From positions 157,778,593 to 157,795,518 of the forward strand of contig JANKJI020000004.1 of the NCBI GenBank assembly GCA_024626585.2: 16,926 bases of DNA, written 5' to 3'. Of the stretch, positions 11,650-16,926 are shown one piece after another. The notes below the pieces were generated by a model, which made no database searches, was not told where the DNA came from, and worked only from the letters and a program-made list of their open reading frames with translations. A program made the position numbers and the translations under genes. The first letter of the stretch is position 1, and each line of letters opens with the position of its first letter. This DNA comes from Ginkgo biloba (Eukaryota; Plantae; Ginkgophyta).

Positions 11650-11794
11650 TCAGGATAACTTTGTCCCTCAGAACTTCCCCTTCATCTTAATGGTATTATT
11701 TCCTTCTTATTGATAAATATGTCTAGTGTATGCTTAGTGTGTGTGATATGAATGATATCCCCATTGGAAACCAACTCCAACATTTGGCGCCACT
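11650..11794 (+). mobile_element. Possible LTR end with TGGCGCC-type PBS (non-Met primed, Athila/Tat-like)
   Basis: ...CTCCAACA|TT|TGGCGCCACT: LTR-like CA at 11782, 2-nt spacer, TGGCGCC at 11785-11791. Short motif only. Confidence 0.4.
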
Positions 11795-12614
11795 ATAAGT
11801 ATTCAAACTTGGAGTACAAATGTAATATGTCCTGGCTGGGTGATAACATCAGCAGGATTATTGGAAATAGTACCCAATACATTCTTATGGAAAATGGTTC
11901 TTTAGGAGCACTAGTGGATTATCGTTATGCCAAAGAAAATTATTTTCCTTTGGAAGAAGATGAGTGTTAAGCGTATAGAAGAATTGGTATTACTACGAAG
12001 AACTTTAAAGTGACCTAGAATCAAATAAAATTATGGTTCATGGAGCACACAATATAATAGTTCAAAGCATAACGCATGAGAATTATGGGGAAATATAAGC
12101 AATATTTATTTAATCATATTGTTCTTATTGATGAGCCTGAATTTGGTAGCATCCTTTGCTTACACAGAATCCATGACTCTATGATTGAATCAAAGTGACC
12201 ATATAACATTTTACTTCTGCTCATATAATAGAGTATTATTTGGTAATATAGAGGATAGAGATGGGCCCAATGAGAAGAATGAAGGGCATTTGGAACTTTG
12301 TAACATTTATAAGATGCATAAGTTCTTGGCCCAGCCAAGACCTCTACACTATAGTGGGATACATATTCGAAGAACAATGTGGTTCAAACTTGATTTTCTT
12401 CATTTTCTCATAGTAATGAGAACTATATAGTAGAGTTCATAGGATTTAAACCTAATTACTATTAAACAGATGAAGATAAAGAGTATCTTGTACGCAATGT
12501 TGAGAAATCATTGTAGAAAACTAATGGGTTTTCTTAAAATAACATCGACATGCTACCTAATGTCGAGGATTCAACAAACATTTGATTCTTCTCCATGGAT
12601 ATTCATTTATCATT

Positions 12615-13470
12615 TGTTAGAGGAGCACCAAAATGTTGTAGTCCAGAAGAAAATGAAAGCATTTAAAGAGAACTATTCTGTTGTCAGAGATTTTATGCTC
12701 TCGTCGGAAGTCTGTGGCTTAATTGTTATCAACTATGGTCAGAGACAATTGTCGGAGGAGGAATAATCCCATGTCAGCATTGGAGGAGGACTTGTGTAGC
12801 TGCATTGGAAGAGGAGCTTTGTCGAATGGATAACTGCGTCGGATGAGGAGCTTTGTCTAACGATGACATTGTCGAAAGAGTTTGTAGGCGTCTGAAGAGT
12901 TATGTCTGTCAGTGATGTTATCGAAGGAGTTGCTCAATGTCGGAGGATCATCACACTTGTCAGGGAAATCTGTTGTGTGTTGGATATCGAGGGACTCTAC
13001 TATCAAAGGAAGTTTGTTGTCGATGAAATTTCAGAAGTACGACCGACGTTTGAGAAAATTGGTTAATGTAGTGTTGATTACTGTAGGTTTTCTCACATCG
13101 GAGAGGGAGAAATCCATCCGTCCTTCTCACCATCGTCGGACGTCAGAGGAGGTTATCTTGTCAGAAGAGGGCATTTTCGTATGTTAGAGGAAGGCATTTT
13201 TCCCATATCGGCATCTATTGTTAGAGGGACCCAAAGTCTGTCGGAGGCACCTGCACATCGAAGGGTTCGTCAAAGGATCACTTGGCTTAGATTTGGTCAG
13301 AAACATTCGTTTGTCGGAGAAATATAATGTCGAAAGAAGCAGCGTTATGTCGGAGACGTCGAAGGTATGTCGGATGTCGGACGAAGTGGCTGTCGGAGGA
13401 ACTTTCCGTTTCAGATGTCAGAAGGGACTCGTAGGAGAACTAACGTAAAGTTGGAGTTCGTCATCACCGA
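12615..13470 (+). repeat. Dispersed array of roughly 30 co-oriented degenerate (T/C)GTCGGAGG motifs, probably the U3 of an LTR starting TGTTAGAGG at 12615
   Basis: Repeated TGTCGGAGG / TGTCAGAAG / TGTCGAAAG / TGTTAGAGG / ATCGGAG variants at irregular spacing, all on one strand. Locally CpG-rich relative to the flanks. Confidence 0.75.
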
Positions 13471-14416
13471 TTTGAGCGATTTGCCATTCAAGGTAATCGC
13501 TAATAATTTCATTTTTAAGCTTTAAATTAAATTACTAAGTATGAAAATTCTAAGTTACATGAACCTATGCAACGTGGTCACATGGTGACTAAACAAAAGG
13601 GCTAACCTATTTTATAAGTAATATCGACAATCTCCAATATTATTTCGAATGACAACAATCCACCAACATCCACAGAGTGCTCATTGACATTGACAGAGTT
13701 ATTACATTGTGAATTCCAACACTACGAATGTTCACCTATATGTAAAATGTGTAATTATTTCATATGGAGATTCATGCTCATATTGTAGAATGTGTTGTGG
13801 ATTCAAATGGTCTTATTTTTAAAGAGTTCATAGACATTTCATCAACATGCAAAGTTCATTAACAAATATTGACGAAAAATTGAACTCATTATGTAATTGT
13901 ATTTTCAGAGTCAACCCAATTGTCTGTTTGTTTATGTAGAGGAGATGATGTTAAATATCTATAGTATAGGTAGTCAACTCAGTCCAGTAGTGAGTGAGAG
14001 TCTACAATAGAGTCTGTTAAAAATATAATAAGTTTCATGCAATGAGTTAGAATTATGCAATTGAGTCTGTCAAAGAGTCATGGTATACTGGCAATTCTCA
14101 TGGAAGAGTATATTGTAGATGCATTTTAGTTTTAGTTTGTCAATTNNNNNNNNNNNNNNNNNNNNNNNNNNNNNNNNNNNNNNNNNNNNNNNNNNNNNNN
14201 NNNNNNNNNNNNNNNNNNNNNNNNNNNNNNNNNNNNNNNNNNNNNTTTCTTTGGACCACTGCACGGGAAAACCGTCAGGATGCTGCGTAATGTTCAAGAT
14301 ATCATCTTCTGTAATTAGTTTTTCAAAACAATCTGTATTTGAACTTTGGGAGCATCTTGAGATATCAAGAAAGGGTTTGTGTGGGTTGGATTGCTCATCT
14401 TTATCACCTTCATTTC

Positions 14417-14746
14417 TTCATAGCTTCTTGTAGCTGTCACTTGGGTACCTATTGATCTTGCTTTGAGATATACGAACTTTGTTGTCTTCAGTGTTGATCA
14501 TTGACATCCAGTTGCAAGTGGATTTGCGTTTTATTGCTTGGTTATCAAGTATAGTATTTTGATTGATCGCTTTCATTCACCTCAAATTGGCTCTCTGTTC
14601 ATAGGTTCATGTAGATTTCATTTGGGTACTTTTTGATCTTGTTTTGAGATATAAGAACTTTGTTGTCTTCGGTGTTGATCATTGACATCCAAGTACAAGA
14701 GGATTTGAGTTTCATTGCTTGGTTATCAAATATAGTATTTTGATTG
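14417..14746. repeat. Tandem duplication with 181-bp period (14417-14565 vs 14598-14746)
   Basis: 149-bp ungapped alignment with about 17 mismatches by hand count (about 89% identity). Weaker similarity extends left to about 14390. Confidence 0.92.
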
Positions 14747-15666
14747 GATAAGTCTGCTAGGCTGGTAAGTTTTCTAAAACTTTGATGTTGTAAAATTGTT
14801 TGACGCTACTATAAATTAATATAAATTCCCTATAGAAATTAACATAAACTGTGTCATTATTTAATATAAATTGTTTTCATTAGTATATACCAGTTATGAC
14901 ATGTTTTACGCATAATTGGTACAATTAAAGTCGGGCATCTCTTTCTACAAACATTTCATAGGTTAAATGATGTTATAGATATTATCTATGGTGTATGGAA
15001 TGCATAATAAATGTAGGAAATCCTTCCTTTGCCATGCAAACCTAATTTAGACCTACTTTGATTAAACTCTAGGTCATAGATCTAAAGGTAGCATGGATAT
15101 TGCAACTGATATCCATTAGGGGATAAGATGGCATGGAGAGCCCTAATATTTTGCATGCATTTATGGGCTAAAACTCATTATGGATTGAAATCTACTTAGG
15201 ATGAGGGTTGTAGGGTTGAAACAGTACCCCCTAGTTTGTTATCCCTCATGGTTGGTTATTTGGCTATTTGGTTGAAAGGAGAACCCCTCTGTTCTATTAG
15301 CCATGCTAGTTGAAATAGACTTTAGCGAATGTCACATTGAAAGAATATTCACTAAATTGTTGGTCATAGTACCATAAATTAATATAAATTGATTGAAAAG
15401 ATACTTGTAGAAAGGTACTAAATCTATACCATATGTATAAAAAAGAATCGGAAGTGTATATCCATCCGTGAATTTTATTGGACAAGAATTAAATTTCGTC
15501 ACTAAAGTAGGTTTGAAATGTGACTCCATAATGGTGGACTAACATGGATCCCCCATCACCATGATNNNNNNNNNNNNNNNNNNNNNNNNNNNNNNNNNNN
15601 NNNNNNNNNNNNNNNNNNNNNNNNNNNNNNNNNNNNNNNNNNNNNNNNNNNNNNNNNNNNNNNNNA

Positions 15667-16632
15667 AACAAGCCAAACATTGTAAAGGAAGATAATAAAT
15701 ATGTGAAAGAATCACCTCTAATTTTTAATTTTGAGCACCTTGTTTGTGAAAAAGAAGCGGAAGACCACTCGACTCAAGACAATGGAAACAAATTAAGTCT
15801 AGAATCCCTTACAGAGACTTATCTCAAGGATGCAATTATCACAAACTTTATAAAATCTATCACTGTTTTGAACGCGTGTGAAAATCTGCTACCTCAGGCA
15901 GAGGAACTGGATGCGGTCAGTAGATGTATTGGTATAATAATCGCCAAAAGATGCAAGAGACTAACTAATACATCTGGATTGGTGCACAATACTTTGTTGA
16001 ATCAACAATCTTTGCTAGGAACAATGGAGATGTGTGGAATTAGCATGATTGATAGCTACCATCGTGTTCCCAATTTTCATCCTTCCTTCTCTATTCCCCT
16101 GAAATCCAAAGACTCTTTAATTCGTATAAGAGGATTAGAGCTCCTTAAAATTGAATCTCATTTACGTGATAAATTTATATTGAACAAATTATCAACAAAT
16201 TATATCGTATGGATTTCTTCGACCATGTTGTTTCCATACAAATGCTTTCCTTCATGGATTTCATTAGAGAATTTAAGGGTCTTAGAACTGCAAGGGAATT
16301 TCAAAGAGCTATGGGGGCATGGATCTGATGTACTTGTGAAGTTGCGCAAGCTTGGCATTTATATTGGTGTTTGCCACAATCCAAAAATAATAGGAAACCT
16401 CGTGCACCTCAAAAGGTTACTCTTGGAGAGTTATGCGATGGTTGATTTGCCTAAAGAGATTTTAAAGCATCAATCATTTTGCCCAAAGGGAGAAAAACAA
16501 AGATGGAAAAAAATGAAGCAATGCACAATATCTACAACAATTCAATATTCGAAGGGTCACCAACTATGCATTCAAGCCACGCATCTTGCCAGGTTATCCT
16601 TATTTGAGCAATACACTGGTTCAAATCGCTAA
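15667..16632 (+). CDS. 5'-incomplete chimeric ORF: NPH3/RPT2-like (NRL) fragment fused to NLR NB-LRR linker and first LRRs, then an unrelated tail; gene or young pseudogene
   Basis: The frame is open from the gap (15667, NKPNIVKEDNKY...) to TAA at 16630-16632. 15799-15957 encodes LESLTETYL...KSITVLNACENLLPQAEELDAVSRCIGIIIAKRCK (NRL-like). About 15990-16479 encodes LLNQQSLLGTMEMCGISM...GLELL...IVWIS...FPSWISLENLRVLELQGNFKELW...KLRKLGI...PKIIGNLVHLKRLLL...LPKEI (TNL-type linker plus LxxLxL repeats). Confidence 0.8.
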   Translation, partial: NKPNIVKEDNKYVKESPLIFNFEHLVCEKEAEDHSTQDNGNKLSLESLTETYLKDAIITNFIKSITVLNACENLLPQAEELDAVSRCIGIIIAKRCKRLTNTSGLVHNTLLNQQSLLGTMEMCGISMIDSYHRVPNFHPSFSIPLKSKDSLIRIRGLELLKIESHLRDKFILNKLSTNYIVWISSTMLFPYKCFPSWISLENLRVLELQGNFKELWGHGSDVLVKLRKLGIYIGVCHNPKIIGNLVHLKRLLLESYAMVDLPKEILKHQSFCPKGEKQRWKKMKQCTISTTIQYSKGHQLCIQATHLARLSLFEQYTGSNR

Positions 16633-16926
16633 ACGCAAACTAATCAAACAACAAAGGGTTAAATATTTTAAGTGTTTGAGAAAGATTAAAATTGGAATAT
16701 TCTCAAGGTTAAAATAATATTCCAAAATAAATAAAATGGACTTGTAAAGTATAAAATTTACATTCAATAAAAACAAGTTAAAGTTAACTGAACTCTTAGT
16801 TATATTAGGAGATTACAATAAATAAAGATTTTGAATTAAGTTCCATGCATATAGAATCAAAAGATCAAGTATATACCTCTCAAGCTTCAAAGAGATATTG
16901 TACATATCTTGCAAGGTTGAATGTAT

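Larger units (their letters stand above)
1174..15665. other. Assembly gaps: 100-N spacers at 1174-1273, 5538-5637, 6956-7055, 9395-9494, 11550-11649, 14146-14245, 15566-15665; 41-N gap at 8594-8634
   Basis: Direct count of N runs. Confidence 0.98.

Noticed and set aside
12470-13448. ORFs of 76-98 aa across the GTCGGA array
   Set aside because: No recognisable domain. They are by-products of locally higher GC and the repeated motif.
12615-13470. CRISPR-like repeat-spacer array
   Set aside because: Repeats are only 8-10 nt, degenerate and irregularly spaced. The context is eukaryotic and there are no cas genes.
14990-15336. Small solo LTR or MITE
   Set aside because: No convincing terminal inverted repeats or target-site duplication found.
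15340-15565. CACTA-like subterminal motifs (AATTTCGTCACTAAA, TCCATCCGTGAATTT)
   Set aside because: Only one or two degenerate copies, and no CACTA terminus with a 3-bp target duplication.
1080-15680. Listed ORFs that run through N gaps (e.g. 1080-1430, 1145-1570, 9365-9748, 14119-14433)
   Set aside because: Their length is inflated by X residues and they join sequences whose adjacency is unproven.
15703-15705. GTG start codon for the 309-aa ORF
   Set aside because: The gene is eukaryotic and the frame remains open upstream to the gap, so the real start lies outside the contig.
15900-15960. ELDAVSRCIGIIIAK as a degenerate NB-ARC MHD motif (MHDxLRDLGRxIA)
   Set aside because: The match is poor, while the same residues fit the NRL consensus EELKIVSRCIDxIA much better along with about 35 upstream residues.

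Overview
AT-rich plant nuclear DNA; the NLR and retroelement style suggests a gymnosperm (inference). The window is eight 1.2-4.3 kb pieces joined by seven exact 100-N spacers, plus one 41-N gap, so adjacency across spacers is unreliable. Most of it is decayed LTR-retrotransposon debris: a chromovirus integrase-chromodomain end with PPT and 3' LTR, an Athila-like integrase end, two related tRNA-iMet-primed 5' LTR/PBS junctions, two copia-type PPT/LTR junctions, a (T/C)GTCGGAGG motif array and a 181-bp tandem duplication. Two host-gene pieces are recognisable. One is a 125-bp internal exon of a CAAX-protease-like (CPBP/Abi) gene ending in a GC donor. The other, the most interesting signal, is an open frame of at least 321 codons in which an NPH3/RPT2-like (NRL) fragment is fused in frame to the NB-LRR linker and first LRRs of an NLR immune receptor, a candidate integrated-decoy or chimeric resistance gene. 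All family assignments come from motif recognition by eye, not database searches.
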